DNA of 64,000 nt, taken from the sequence record NZ_CP119397.1, one strand, 5' to 3'. The first letter of the stretch is position 1, and each line of letters begins with the position of its first letter. The notes under the pieces are model-generated. The model saw only the letters and a program-made list of their open reading frames with translations, ran no database searches and was not told where the DNA came from. Both the position numbers and the translations under genes were made by a program. This document shows, one piece after another, positions 1 through 9,260 of this stretch. The stretch is from a plasmid.

Positions 1-1005
1 ATGGCTAAGCTGGACGTTAAAAAACTGTATGTTACGCAGGATAACAAGTTACTTGAAGGTGCCTACAGCGCCACGCTCGATGAGATGCGTCTGCTCTACT
101 TAGCCCTGGTCCAGATTGACAGCAAAAAAGTACAGCCGGATGGTCTCTACACTCTCTATCCTGCTGATTTTGAAAAGATGTTTGGTGTCCACCCTTCGCA
201 TACGCATCAGCAGCTCAAGAAGGCGGCTGATTCACTGGGCAGCAAACCGATCATCACCTACGAGTGGGATGAGAAGAAAAAGCGCCTGGACAAGGTCAAA
301 CGCTTTTGGTTTTCTTCGATTCGTTACGATGCCTCAGACAATACCGCGGACGTCACCATCCGTTTCTCCCCGGACGTTGTTCCCTATCTTTATGATCTGA
401 AGAAAGAATTTACTCAGGTCGATTTTGAGCATGTGTCCCGCCTGGATACGCCTTTCGCTTTCCGGCTCTACAGCTGGCTGGTGAAGTTCCGCAACCTGGC
501 GCGCAATTCCCGGCAGAATGGGATCATCGAAACCGATCCTTTCGAGATCGACTGGATGAAAGAGCGCACCGGGCTGGTGGGTAAGTACGAGGAATACCGC
601 TTCTTCAAGCGTGACGTGCTGGTTCCCGCCATCGAACGGATCAATGCCAATACCGATATTTCCGTGAGCTGGCAGCCGGTCAAAGTGGGACGATCCGTCA
701 CCGCGATCAAATTTTTCTACGTGATCGAATCGGGCCAGCGCGCGGCAAAACCTCTGCGTCCGCGTTTGCCCCGCCGTCCCCATGCGGTGGCCGGATCGGA
801 TCTGGAAGGAAAATGGGCACGCCGGTGCATCAGCCTGATGAAAGAGTACCGCCAGAAACTGGAAGCGTTTGATGCTTCTGAGAAAATTACCCTGGCTGAC
901 CTGCGGAAATGGCTGGACTGGTACACGATCATCGGTGATGCGGCCAACATCAAATTGTTACAGGCAGAGATTAAAAAGCGCAGTACCCGCAAAAAAGCCG
1001 CCTAA
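1..1005 (+). CDS. repA: Plasmid replication initiator RepA (Rep_3 / RepFIB-like family)
   Basis: 334 aa ORF opening the window. The N-terminal motif LDVKKLYVTQDNKLLEGAYSATLDEMRLLYLALVQID and the winged-helix-like C-terminal half are typical of Rep_3 initiators of large enterobacterial plasmids. The ORF starts exactly at base 1, so upstream iterons and the promoter are outside the window. Confidence 0.8.
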   Translation: MAKLDVKKLYVTQDNKLLEGAYSATLDEMRLLYLALVQIDSKKVQPDGLYTLYPADFEKMFGVHPSHTHQQLKKAADSLGSKPIITYEWDEKKKRLDKVKRFWFSSIRYDASDNTADVTIRFSPDVVPYLYDLKKEFTQVDFEHVSRLDTPFAFRLYSWLVKFRNLARNSRQNGIIETDPFEIDWMKERTGLVGKYEEYRFFKRDVLVPAIERINANTDISVSWQPVKVGRSVTAIKFFYVIESGQRAAKPLRPRLPRRPHAVAGSDLEGKWARRCISLMKEYRQKLEAFDASEKITLADLRKWLDWYTIIGDAANIKLLQAEIKKRSTRKKAA

Positions 1006-1030
1006 AACGCGCTGGAACGCACGCAGAGCG

Positions 1031-1070
1031 GCGAGACGATCCTTTTCGATCCATCCTTGGATCGTCTCAC
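1031..1070. terminator. Inverted repeat GAGACGATCC(n20)GGATCGTCTC just downstream of the repA stop, followed by a second overlapping hairpin and a T-run
   Basis: Perfect 10-bp arms seen directly in the sequence, 25 nt after the repA stop. CGGCGTTTT follows the second hairpin. Confidence 0.4.
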
Positions 1071-1339
1071 AGAACGCCGTAAAACACGTTCTGCGGCGTT
1101 TTAGCCACTAATAACATGCTGATAACATCCGGCTTTCCCCGATCTGTTTTCCATGCTGGATCCTGCTGATAAGCCAGACAGGATCGCATCAGAGGATCTT
1201 CCGGGCTTGTTTTTGCAGGCCGCTAGAAACCGGATCGCTGATGAATACCGGGAACTGTTGGGCAGATGGCGTTCTACACGGGCAATCACCGCATCGGTTT
1301 GCGCGGCCAGCTTTATCTGCCAGAGAGGATAAAACAACA

Positions 1340-1359
1340 CTTATCCCCTGAAGGGGATA
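1340..1359. terminator. Perfect palindrome TTATCCCC-TGAA-GGGGATAA, likely a bidirectional or minus-strand terminator for the hydrolase gene
   Basis: 8-bp perfect arms. On the minus strand the hairpin is followed by a T-rich tract, about 85 nt downstream of the 1444 stop. Confidence 0.35.
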
Positions 1360-1443
1360 ATCAGGGTTTTTAGGTGAAATTAACGCAATTATGTCGATAA
1401 CTGTTTGAAATAAAAAGTATCTTTTCAGGTGTCAGGGCTGACG

Positions 1444-2010
1444 TTAACCGGCCGTCAACCGGCGTAATAATCCGGCCACCAGCGGCAATTCACTAAAGCC
1501 GTCCCGGTCAAGAAAATGCCCGCTTTCCGGCAAGCCATAGAACGGGGCATTGAGCTGCTGGCTGAGGCGCAACGTCAGCGCCGGCGGCACAATCTCATCG
1601 TTCAATGAGGCCACCACTATCCGCTGGGGAATATGCCGGATGAGCTGCGCGGCGTCGAGAGGCGCGCGGGTAAACGCCTCCAGTTCCGGCAGGGCAGGCA
1701 CCGCGTCACTGAACCCAGACACCATAATCACACCCCCGGCAGGGCGTCCGGGCGGTTGTTGGTCCAGGTAGCGCAGGATGGTGATGCAACCGAGGCTGTG
1801 CCCCACGAACCAGGTGTCGCCATCCGGCTCCCCCACTGCGGCCTGCAAGGCAGAAAGCCATGCGGTTTCATCCGGTGCCATCGGGTCAGGCATCGCCGGG
1901 ATGTGAGCCGTCATCCCCAGTAATTCAGCCTCTTTTTTGAGCCAGCCAAACCAGTGATGATCGGGGCCTGCCATAAAACCGTGCACAATAAACAGCCGTT
2001 TTGACGCCAT
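1444..2010 (-). CDS. alpha/beta-hydrolase fold serine hydrolase, YdeN/RBBP9-like family
   Basis: 188 aa with a GHSLG nucleophile elbow. The size and motif order match the ~190 aa YdeN/RBBP9 esterases. Confidence 0.7.
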   Translation of the reverse strand: MASKRLFIVHGFMAGPDHHWFGWLKKEAELLGMTAHIPAMPDPMAPDETAWLSALQAAVGEPDGDTWFVGHSLGCITILRYLDQQPPGRPAGGVIMVSGFSDAVPALPELEAFTRAPLDAAQLIRHIPQRIVVASLNDEIVPPALTLRLSQQLNAPFYGLPESGHFLDRDGFSELPLVAGLLRRLTAG

Positions 2011-2108
2011 GCTTTCTGCTCCTTGTGAAATATTCTCCCTGAAACGTAACGTAATTCGCAGGCCGTTTCATCTGAATGCTGAGCATCAGCACCAGGCCCG
2101 AAGCGCTT

Positions 2109-3401
2109 TTAAAAGCGGTCAAACCGGTACAGCGACGGATCGATAAGTGGCGGATGGCCGGACACTAAATCCGCCGCCAGTTGCCCGGCAGCAGGGGATG
2201 TGCCGAAGCCGTGCCCCGAGAAGCCGGTCGCGAGCGTCAGGCCGGGCAGGGCGGCCACCGGCCCGATCACCGGGTTCGAATCCGGTGTGACATCGATCAC
2301 CCCGGCCCAGGTTTCTTCAATTTTTGCCTGCTCAAACGCCGGCCAGGCCGCCCGGAGGTTGGTCATCGCTTCCGTGTTCAATACCGGGTTGGCCTGCGGA
2401 TCCAGGGTACGGACACGTTCAAACGGTGAGGTTTTTTTCGTGCCCCAACGGCGCGGCAGGGCCAGATCTTTCAGGAACGCTTTCCCCAGTGAGATACGCA
2501 GAAAATCCCGCTGGGTACGGAGCTGCGGCAGGTAACGCGGCCCCAGCAGCAGGTGATCCAGCGTCAGGGAGGCATCAAGCGCGCCCCGCTGGGTAATGAT
2601 AAAGCCGCCATCCTTGTGTTTGCGGAACGAAAAATCCGGCGCACCCACGGCGATCTCAGTCGGCCCCTTCATGGGCGCGGTACGCAGCACGGAGCAGATC
2701 AACGGCAGCGTCGGCAGGGAAATGCCGAGGTTGCCGAGAAAACGCCGCGACCACAGCCCGCCCGCCAGCAACACCTGCTCACAGCGGAGCTCCCCCTGTT
2801 CCGTGACCACGCCGCTGACTTTCCCACCTGAGGTGACGAGGCTGCGTACAGCGCAGTTCTCCACAATCACCGCCCCTTTGGCGATGGCCGCCGCCGCAAT
2901 CGCGCTGGCCGCCAGCGACGGCTCCGCGCGCCCGTCACTGGCGGTGTAGATCCCACCGGCCCATTGCCCGCGCCCACCAGGCACATGGGCGGCGATCTCC
3001 GCCCGGCTCAGCAGGCGTGAGCCGAGCGAAAGAGGGCTGACCGATTCCAGCCAGTGCTCATGCATCGCCATCTGCGCCCCGGTGCGGGCCACAAACATGA
3101 TCCCGGCCTGCCGGTAACCCACATCGCGGCCCACGCGTGCCGGCAGGGCGGCCCAGAGCCGGTCAGCGGCCAGCGCCAGGGGAATGTCCCCGGCGTGGCG
3201 GCTGGTTTTACGCACCCAGCCAAGGTTGCGTGATGACTGCTCCCCCGCCAGGCGGCCTTTTTCCAGCACCACCACCGGAATGTTGCGTTCAGCCAGCGTC
3301 AGCGCGGCGGTCAGGCCCACGATGCCGCCGCCAATCACGACAACATGGGTGGCAGAGGGAAAGCCGGTGGCGGTGCGAACCGGCGTGATTGCGGGTGCCA
3401 T
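2109..3401 (-). CDS. FAD-dependent oxidoreductase (DAO family; D-amino-acid or opine-type dehydrogenase)
   Basis: N-terminal Rossmann motif VVVIGGGIVGLTAALTLAE and a C-terminal GHGFG-type motif. The ORF-track start at 3413 is GTG. An in-frame ATG at 3401 has a GAGG RBS 6 nt upstream. Confidence 0.75.
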   Translation of the reverse strand: MAPAITPVRTATGFPSATHVVVIGGGIVGLTAALTLAERNIPVVVLEKGRLAGEQSSRNLGWVRKTSRHAGDIPLALAADRLWAALPARVGRDVGYRQAGIMFVARTGAQMAMHEHWLESVSPLSLGSRLLSRAEIAAHVPGGRGQWAGGIYTASDGRAEPSLAASAIAAAAIAKGAVIVENCAVRSLVTSGGKVSGVVTEQGELRCEQVLLAGGLWSRRFLGNLGISLPTLPLICSVLRTAPMKGPTEIAVGAPDFSFRKHKDGGFIITQRGALDASLTLDHLLLGPRYLPQLRTQRDFLRISLGKAFLKDLALPRRWGTKKTSPFERVRTLDPQANPVLNTEAMTNLRAAWPAFEQAKIEETWAGVIDVTPDSNPVIGPVAALPGLTLATGFSGHGFGTSPAAGQLAADLVSGHPPLIDPSLYRFDRF

Positions 3402-3431
3402 AACATACCTCACTCAGGAACGGGTTAAGGG

Positions 3432-3866
3432 CTACAGGGTGACGGTGACCGCCTCGACGGCGGCGCGTGAGGCACCGCGGTAAGCCGTGACTTCAATCTC
3501 CACTTTGTAGACCGTTGACCCCAGCGGCGGGCAGGTCACGGTGGAGGCAGGGTTAATGCCGTGGAACTTGTCGCCGATGATCGCCATCACCACCGGGACG
3601 TCGGCCGGGTCCTGGATAAAGACCCGCGAAGCGATGACATCGGCCAGCGTGGCATCCACCGCTGCCAGTGCCGCCTCGATATTGGCAAACACCTGGTGGG
3701 TCTGGTCGGTGACGGCCTCCGGAATAATCTGGGTGCGGGGGTTGCGCCCGGCGGTGTTGGAAACATAAATCCAGTTATCGACGGCCACCAGGCGTGAATA
3801 GCTGGCCTTTTGCTCGAAAACAGAGCCGGTCGTGACTTTAACAATCTTGGTCATGGTGTTTTCCAT
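3432..3866 (-). CDS. RidA/YjgF/TdcF family reactive-intermediate deaminase
   Basis: ~140 aa with the typical RidA fold signature (IPEAVTDQTHQVFANIEAAL, VYKVEIEVTAY). The internal ATG at 3854 may be the true start. Confidence 0.8.
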   Translation of the reverse strand: MENTMTKIVKVTTGSVFEQKASYSRLVAVDNWIYVSNTAGRNPRTQIIPEAVTDQTHQVFANIEAALAAVDATLADVIASRVFIQDPADVPVVMAIIGDKFHGINPASTVTCPPLGSTVYKVEIEVTAYRGASRAAVEAVTVTL

Positions 3867-3923
3867 CAGGTAAAAAGGGCAGCGCCGCGCACTGCCGGAG
3901 GTGATATCAGCAGGGTTGCCCTT

Positions 3924-5063
3924 TCAGCTCAGTGCCGGGGATTCCCACAAATTAAGGGTGACGCCGATGCCCTGTTTCCGGGCGTTGCGGTAGACCACCG
4001 TGCCCCAGGCCACATCCTCCACCGGCATACCGCCCACCGACATCAGGATGATTTCGTCATCGTTCAGGCGGCCCGGCGCATCACCGGCGACGATTTTGCC
4101 GATATCCTCCAGCTGGTCGCGGGTGATTTTCCCTTCGGCCAGCATGTCCATAAACCGCACGCCGATGACCGGAATGGTGTGGTGTGCCGGCTTCGGCACT
4201 TCGTCATACCAGGCCTGGTACAAGCCGGTGTTGTCCAGCACCTTGCGCACGTCGGGCTGCTCCATGCCTTCATCGATGTTGCACAGGGCCGGCATGGCAA
4301 GAAAGGCACCCGGTTTCACCCACTCGCGTTTTACCAGCGGGTAGGTGGCCGGATCACCGACTTCACCTGAGCTGCAATAGGTGACGATGTCCGCCCCGCG
4401 CACCACCTCTTCCAGCGTATCCACCACCCGTACCTGGGTGATCTGCGGGTAGGTCTGGCTGACCCAGGAGAGGAAATCATCCAGGCTTTTGCGGCTGCGC
4501 CCTTTCACCTGGAGGGTATGGATCTGCGGGCAGACCGCCATAAACGCCGCGACGGCGGTTTTCCCCATCACACCCGGCCCCAGCAGGCCGATGACGCCGG
4601 CATCGCGGCGCGCCAGGTGGCGTGCGCCCACCCCCGGCACCGCGCCGGTGCGGTAGGCGGAAAGCAGGTTGGCGGACATAAACGCCAGCGGTGCGCCGGT
4701 GTCAGCGTCACTGAGGGTGAACATCAGGATGGAGCGCGGCAGCCCTTTCTGCCGGTTCGCAATATTCGAGCCGTACCATTTCACCCCGGCAGTACAGAAA
4801 TTGCCGCCGAGGTAGGCGGGCATCGCCATCAGCCGGCGGTCGGCAGTGGGTTTCGGCATGGCGGGAAACGGCGAGTGCTCAGGAAACGTCACCATTGCCC
4901 CGTGTGAGTCGTTATTCGGCCCGGCCATGCGGTAATCCCCGTGGTAGAGCAGGCCGAACATCTCTTCCATGGTATCCACGCAGGCTGCCATATCCGTGAC
5001 CCCGGCGCGGATCATGTCCGGTTCAGAAAGGTAGATAAAATCAATGTGCGTCGAATCTGTCAT
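3924..5063 (-). CDS. Ornithine cyclodeaminase / mu-crystallin family enzyme (OCD or imine reductase-like)
   Basis: 379 aa. It contains the GLLGPGVMGKTAVAAF NAD-binding motif and the overall OCD/mu-crystallin architecture. Confidence 0.8.
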   Translation of the reverse strand: MTDSTHIDFIYLSEPDMIRAGVTDMAACVDTMEEMFGLLYHGDYRMAGPNNDSHGAMVTFPEHSPFPAMPKPTADRRLMAMPAYLGGNFCTAGVKWYGSNIANRQKGLPRSILMFTLSDADTGAPLAFMSANLLSAYRTGAVPGVGARHLARRDAGVIGLLGPGVMGKTAVAAFMAVCPQIHTLQVKGRSRKSLDDFLSWVSQTYPQITQVRVVDTLEEVVRGADIVTYCSSGEVGDPATYPLVKREWVKPGAFLAMPALCNIDEGMEQPDVRKVLDNTGLYQAWYDEVPKPAHHTIPVIGVRFMDMLAEGKITRDQLEDIGKIVAGDAPGRLNDDEIILMSVGGMPVEDVAWGTVVYRNARKQGIGVTLNLWESPALS

Positions 5064-5200
5064 CCCGTTACCCCTGTTTCAGTGGAATGCGCCCGGTCAG
5101 CGCGGTGAACGGGGTTATGAATAACGCGGGCGGCGGGCGGCTGTATTGAAGATTTGCGACAACGCAGGGCGCGGCGGCTGGCATCCGGCTTGCATGGCAT

Positions 5201-6067
5201 ATGGCTATCTTCCCGCTACCCGAGAACCAGACGATGCCAGATGCCCTGCCACTCCGCCGCGATACCGCTATCCACCCTGAGCAGCCCTGGTTTGTGCTCA
5301 GTGCTGCCGGACACTATGCCGTGATGGGGTCTGAGAACCCGGCGATCTCCCATTTCTACCGGTTTGACCGGGCCTCAGCGGCCGGCATGACGCTGGCTGT
5401 CCCGGACGGCTGTGTGGACATCCTGTTTGACTGTGACGACACCCGGCCGATGGCCAGGGTTTGCGGCACCACGCTTGAGGCGCGCAGCGCCGAGCTGAAA
5501 GCGGGGCATCACTATTTTGGCGTGCGCTTTGCGCCCGGCGTGATGCCCGATTTCCTGGACATGATGGCGGAGGAGCTCACCGACCGGGAATTTGGCTTCC
5601 TGGAGGTGACCCCCGGCGCGCGCCCGGCTTTTGAACGCATTGTGGAAAACCCGCTGTTTTCACAGCAGGTTGCGCTGTTTAACCACTATTTCACCCGGCG
5701 GCTGACCCGCCGCGCCTCCGCCGTGACCGCGCAGAGCCTGCGCGCCATCCGCGGGCAGCGGGGTAACATCCGGGTTGAGCAACTGGCGGCGCTGACCGGG
5801 TACACCTGCCGTACCCTCCAGCGCCAGTTCCGGCAGGACACCGGCCTGTCACCCAAAGCGTTCAGCCGCATTATCCGCTGCCAGTCCGCGCTGAGTTGCC
5901 TCCACCAGCCGGCGGCACCGGCCTGCTCCGATCTGGCGCTGGATCTGGGCTTCAGTGACCAGTCGCACTTCCTGCGGGAGTTCAAAAAGCTCGTCAGCAC
6001 CACGCCGCTGGACTACCAGCGCCGCATCCTGCTTGAGGCATACCGGGAGCGCCTCTGCTACCACTGA
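5201..6067 (+). CDS. AraC family transcriptional regulator
   Basis: C-terminal twin HTH (LAALTGYTCRTLQRQFRQDTGLSPKAFSRIIR ... GFSDQSHFLREFKK). Divergent from the OCD/RidA/oxidoreductase genes. Confidence 0.8.
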   Translation: MAIFPLPENQTMPDALPLRRDTAIHPEQPWFVLSAAGHYAVMGSENPAISHFYRFDRASAAGMTLAVPDGCVDILFDCDDTRPMARVCGTTLEARSAELKAGHHYFGVRFAPGVMPDFLDMMAEELTDREFGFLEVTPGARPAFERIVENPLFSQQVALFNHYFTRRLTRRASAVTAQSLRAIRGQRGNIRVEQLAALTGYTCRTLQRQFRQDTGLSPKAFSRIIRCQSALSCLHQPAAPACSDLALDLGFSDQSHFLREFKKLVSTTPLDYQRRILLEAYRERLCYH

Positions 6068-6215
6068 CCGCCCTAAAAGGGTGCGGCGGCTGCACCCCGG
6101 CGCTGTCCGATTTTTTCTATCCCGGCCGTCAACGCTGATGAATGATTCCGGTGAGTCACCTGCCTCAGGAACCCAATGCCTGAGTAACTTCTCACTGACA
6201 GGAAAGGCACCGGCG

Positions 6216-7658
6216 ATGAGCAATTCACTTGATGTAGCGAAAACAGCGGAGCCGGGCATCACCGGCGACGCGCAGGCCAGCGGCGGTTTACGCAAAAACA
6301 CGCTCGGCCTCTTCTCTCTGGTCTTCTTTGTGGTGGCCGCAGCCTCGCCCCTGACCGGGGTGGTCGGCGGCCTGCCGGTGGCAATATTTACCGGCAACGG
6401 CGCGGGCATCCCGGTGGTGTATATCGCGGCCTGCCTGATCCTGATGCTGTTCTCGGTGGGCTACATCGCCATGAGCCGCCATGTAAAAAGCGCCGGGGCG
6501 TTTTACACCTACATCGCCACCGGCCTGGGCGAGCACTGGGGCGGCCCGGCATCGGTGCTGGCGCTGCTGGCATACTGCGCCATCCAGACGGCGGTGGTGG
6601 CGATGCTGGGCTTCTTCAGCGCGCTGTTTCTGGCCGAACATCTGGGCGTGCAGGTGCCCTGGTGGGCGCTGAGTATGCTGTGTGTGGTGATCGCCTGGGT
6701 GCTGGGGATCAAGCGCGTGGAGGTCGGCGGGAAGCTGTTGGGCGTGCTGATGCTGGCGGAAGTGGCGATTGTGTTGCTGACTGACGTCATGCTGCTGGTC
6801 AACAAGAGCGAGCCGCTGACGTTCGCCTCCTTTGAGCCGTCGGTGTTCCTGCAGGGCAACATCGGGATCGCCTTTATCTTTGCCATCGCCGCCTTTATCG
6901 GGTTTGAGTCCACGGCGATCTATGCCGAAGAGTGCCGCGAACCGCAGAAAACGGTGCCGCGCGCCACGGTCTGTGCGCTGTTGCTGATCACGGCGTTTTT
7001 CTGCTTTACCAGTTGGGCACTGGTGCAGGCGTACGGTTTTGACGAACTGGTGGCGATCGCCCGCCGCGACCCCGGCAATTTCGTGTTCGACATTACCCGC
7101 CGGTATGTCGGCCAGTGGGCGGTGGACACCATGTCGGTGCTGCTGATCACCAGCCTGTTCGCTGCGGCGCTGGCTTTCCATAACAATATTTCCCGCTATA
7201 TCTTCAGCATCAGCCGCGACGGCCTGATCTGGAAAGAGCTGTGCCGCACCCACCCGGCCAACGGCACACCGCATAACGCCAGTCACCTGCACAGCGTGCT
7301 GCTGCTGTTGCTGCTGGCAGGCATGGGCAGCGCCAATCTGGACCCGATGGTGCACATTTTCGCCTTTGGCTCGGCGATCGCCACCTTGTGCATCATGGTG
7401 CTTCAGGTCGGCGTCTCGGCGGCGGTGATGGTGTTCTTCCGGCGTACCCACGCGCCGGGCGGCGGTGCATGGCGCACCTTCTGGGCGCCGCTGCTCGCGC
7501 TGCTCGGGATGTCCGCCACTCTCATCATGATGGTCACCAACCTGCCACTGCTCAGCGGCAGTGACGCCCCGCAGGTAGAGCTGATCCCCTGGGGAATTGC
7601 CGCCTGCGCCGTCGCCGGGTATGTGATGTCCCGCCGCCGGGGCAGTGCCCGGCCCTGA
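6216..7658 (+). CDS. APC-superfamily amino acid permease
   Basis: Twelve hydrophobic segments with the GxG-containing TM1 of APC transporters. The real start is the ATG at 6216 (AGGAAAGG RBS). The track ORF from 5955 overlaps the araC end. Confidence 0.8.
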   Translation: MSNSLDVAKTAEPGITGDAQASGGLRKNTLGLFSLVFFVVAAASPLTGVVGGLPVAIFTGNGAGIPVVYIAACLILMLFSVGYIAMSRHVKSAGAFYTYIATGLGEHWGGPASVLALLAYCAIQTAVVAMLGFFSALFLAEHLGVQVPWWALSMLCVVIAWVLGIKRVEVGGKLLGVLMLAEVAIVLLTDVMLLVNKSEPLTFASFEPSVFLQGNIGIAFIFAIAAFIGFESTAIYAEECREPQKTVPRATVCALLLITAFFCFTSWALVQAYGFDELVAIARRDPGNFVFDITRRYVGQWAVDTMSVLLITSLFAAALAFHNNISRYIFSISRDGLIWKELCRTHPANGTPHNASHLHSVLLLLLLAGMGSANLDPMVHIFAFGSAIATLCIMVLQVGVSAAVMVFFRRTHAPGGGAWRTFWAPLLALLGMSATLIMMVTNLPLLSGSDAPQVELIPWGIAACAVAGYVMSRRRGSARP

Positions 7659-7822
7659 TTCTCTCCCTCCTGCCTACCGGGCGCTGCCTCTGCATGGGGC
7701 ACGCCCGGTGCGTGTTGATAAATCAAAGATTTGCGAAAAAGAGTCTGGTATTCTCCCTAAGATTATTCCTAATATGCCGCGCCTGCGGCCGCTGTCATCT
7801 TCCTTAGCCTGGAGCTGTACCC

Positions 7823-8506
7823 ATGTCCTCTGTGCCCGAGTCCGCTGTCCCTAACCTGCTGAACCCGCAGGATATCCGCATCCAACGCCTGTTCGTGACG
7901 CCGCTGGCGCTGATCGAGCACCCGGCGGCGGAGGCGCTTAATGAGGCACTGAAAGCGGAGATTGCCCAGCGGCAGGCTGAGGACAACCTTGGCGTGCGGC
8001 ACAGCAATGTCGGGGGCTGGCAATCGGCTGCTGATTTCACCGAGTGGCCGGGCATGGGCGCCAGGGCGTTGACGGCGTTTGCCCGCGCGCTGGCGTATGA
8101 GCTGACGGCAGTGCAGCACCCGGAACAGGGGCTGGTGCTGCCGGAGTTTGACTGGAAGATCAACGCCTGGGCCAACGTAAACCGGGCCGGTAACGCCAAT
8201 GCGCTGCACGCCCATCCCGGCGCGTTCTGGTCTGGCGTTTACTGGGTGGATGACGGCCACAGCGGAAAGGAAGAGACAGCGACCGGCGGCGAACTGGAGT
8301 TCCACGACCCGCGCGGCGTGCTGCCCTCCATGTATAACCCGGAGCTGCGGATGCGCATCGCCGATTGCCTGAGTGCCGGGTTAACCACCGCCATCACCCC
8401 CAAAAGCGGCACGCTGGTGATGTTCCCCTCCTGGCTGCAACATGCCGTGACGCGGGTGACCGCTACCCGCCCGCGCATCTCCATCGCGTTTAATTTCAGT
8501 GTGTAG
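7823..8506 (+). CDS. TIGR02466-family protein (putative 2OG-Fe(II) oxygenase, PF13759-like)
   Basis: 227 aa with the HAHPGAFWSGVYWV motif characteristic of this conserved family. Confidence 0.55.
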   Translation: MSSVPESAVPNLLNPQDIRIQRLFVTPLALIEHPAAEALNEALKAEIAQRQAEDNLGVRHSNVGGWQSAADFTEWPGMGARALTAFARALAYELTAVQHPEQGLVLPEFDWKINAWANVNRAGNANALHAHPGAFWSGVYWVDDGHSGKEETATGGELEFHDPRGVLPSMYNPELRMRIADCLSAGLTTAITPKSGTLVMFPSWLQHAVTRVTATRPRISIAFNFSV

Positions 8507-8644
8507 AGGGGCGCAGGCCGGGCTTTTTACCCGGTATTGAGTTGACGGATTGCCGCCCGGCATTAACACTCCCTGCAACCGCCTCGTTGACGTGGCGTGA
8601 AAATCGGTTTCGCCTGAAAGGGGCTGAACAACAGGGAGAAAAGA

Positions 8645-9253
8645 GTGCTGATGGACATCAATTTACCGGGCTTTATCCCCGCTCTCCTGCCGGTAGTGCT
8701 CTCACCGGGCGCCAGTTTCACCCTTGCCATGAACAGCGCGCTCTCCGGCGGCCGCCGGGGGCTGGCCTCTACCCTGACCGGCACGGCGCTCGGGATCTAC
8801 ACCCATGCGCTGCTTATCGGGCTGGGCATTACCTCGCTGCTGGTCGCCTCGCCCTGGCTGTTTGGCCTTCTGAAAATCGCCGGCACGCTCTACCTGCTCT
8901 GGCTGGGCGGGCAACTGATCTGGAGCGGTATTAACGCGGAAACGCTCACCTTTGGGCGCAGCGGCCCGGTGGTCTCGGTGAAAGCGGCTTATCTGGCCAA
9001 TGTGCTGAACCCCAAAGCCATCCTGTTCTACCTGACGGTGGTGTCGCAGTTCGCCGGGAAACAGGGCGAGTTCAGCCACTACCTGATCCTCGCGTCCGTG
9101 CATATCGTGATCATGGTGCTCTGGCTGACGCTGGCCAGCCGGGTGCTGCTGCGCTCTGCCGTAAACAGGGACACCCGCCTCCTGAAAAAAATCATTGATG
9201 TCGGCGGTGGGCTGGCATTGGTACTGTTTGCGCTGTTCAGCGCCTTTTCCTGA
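8645..9253 (+). CDS. LysE/RhtB family amino-acid exporter
   Basis: ~200 aa, 6 TM. N-terminal PGASFTLAM-type motif and C-terminal hydrophobic repeats typical of LysE translocators. Confidence 0.75.
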   Translation: MLMDINLPGFIPALLPVVLSPGASFTLAMNSALSGGRRGLASTLTGTALGIYTHALLIGLGITSLLVASPWLFGLLKIAGTLYLLWLGGQLIWSGINAETLTFGRSGPVVSVKAAYLANVLNPKAILFYLTVVSQFAGKQGEFSHYLILASVHIVIMVLWLTLASRVLLRSAVNRDTRLLKKIIDVGGGLALVLFALFSAFS

Positions 9254-9260
9254 CGCGGCG

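Noticed and set aside
5955-6215. N-terminal 87-aa extension of the permease ORF in the track (and similar extensions at 22071, 44111, 58312-59967, 9261-10901)
   Set aside because: The extensions overlap the upstream genes or lack RBSs. Internal ATGs with good Shine-Dalgarno sequences match the conserved protein N-termini.
6288-7451. 387-aa minus-strand ORF full of His/Arg/Gln
   Set aside because: It is entirely antisense to the well-supported APC permease gene. Its composition is typical of shadow ORFs in GC-rich DNA.
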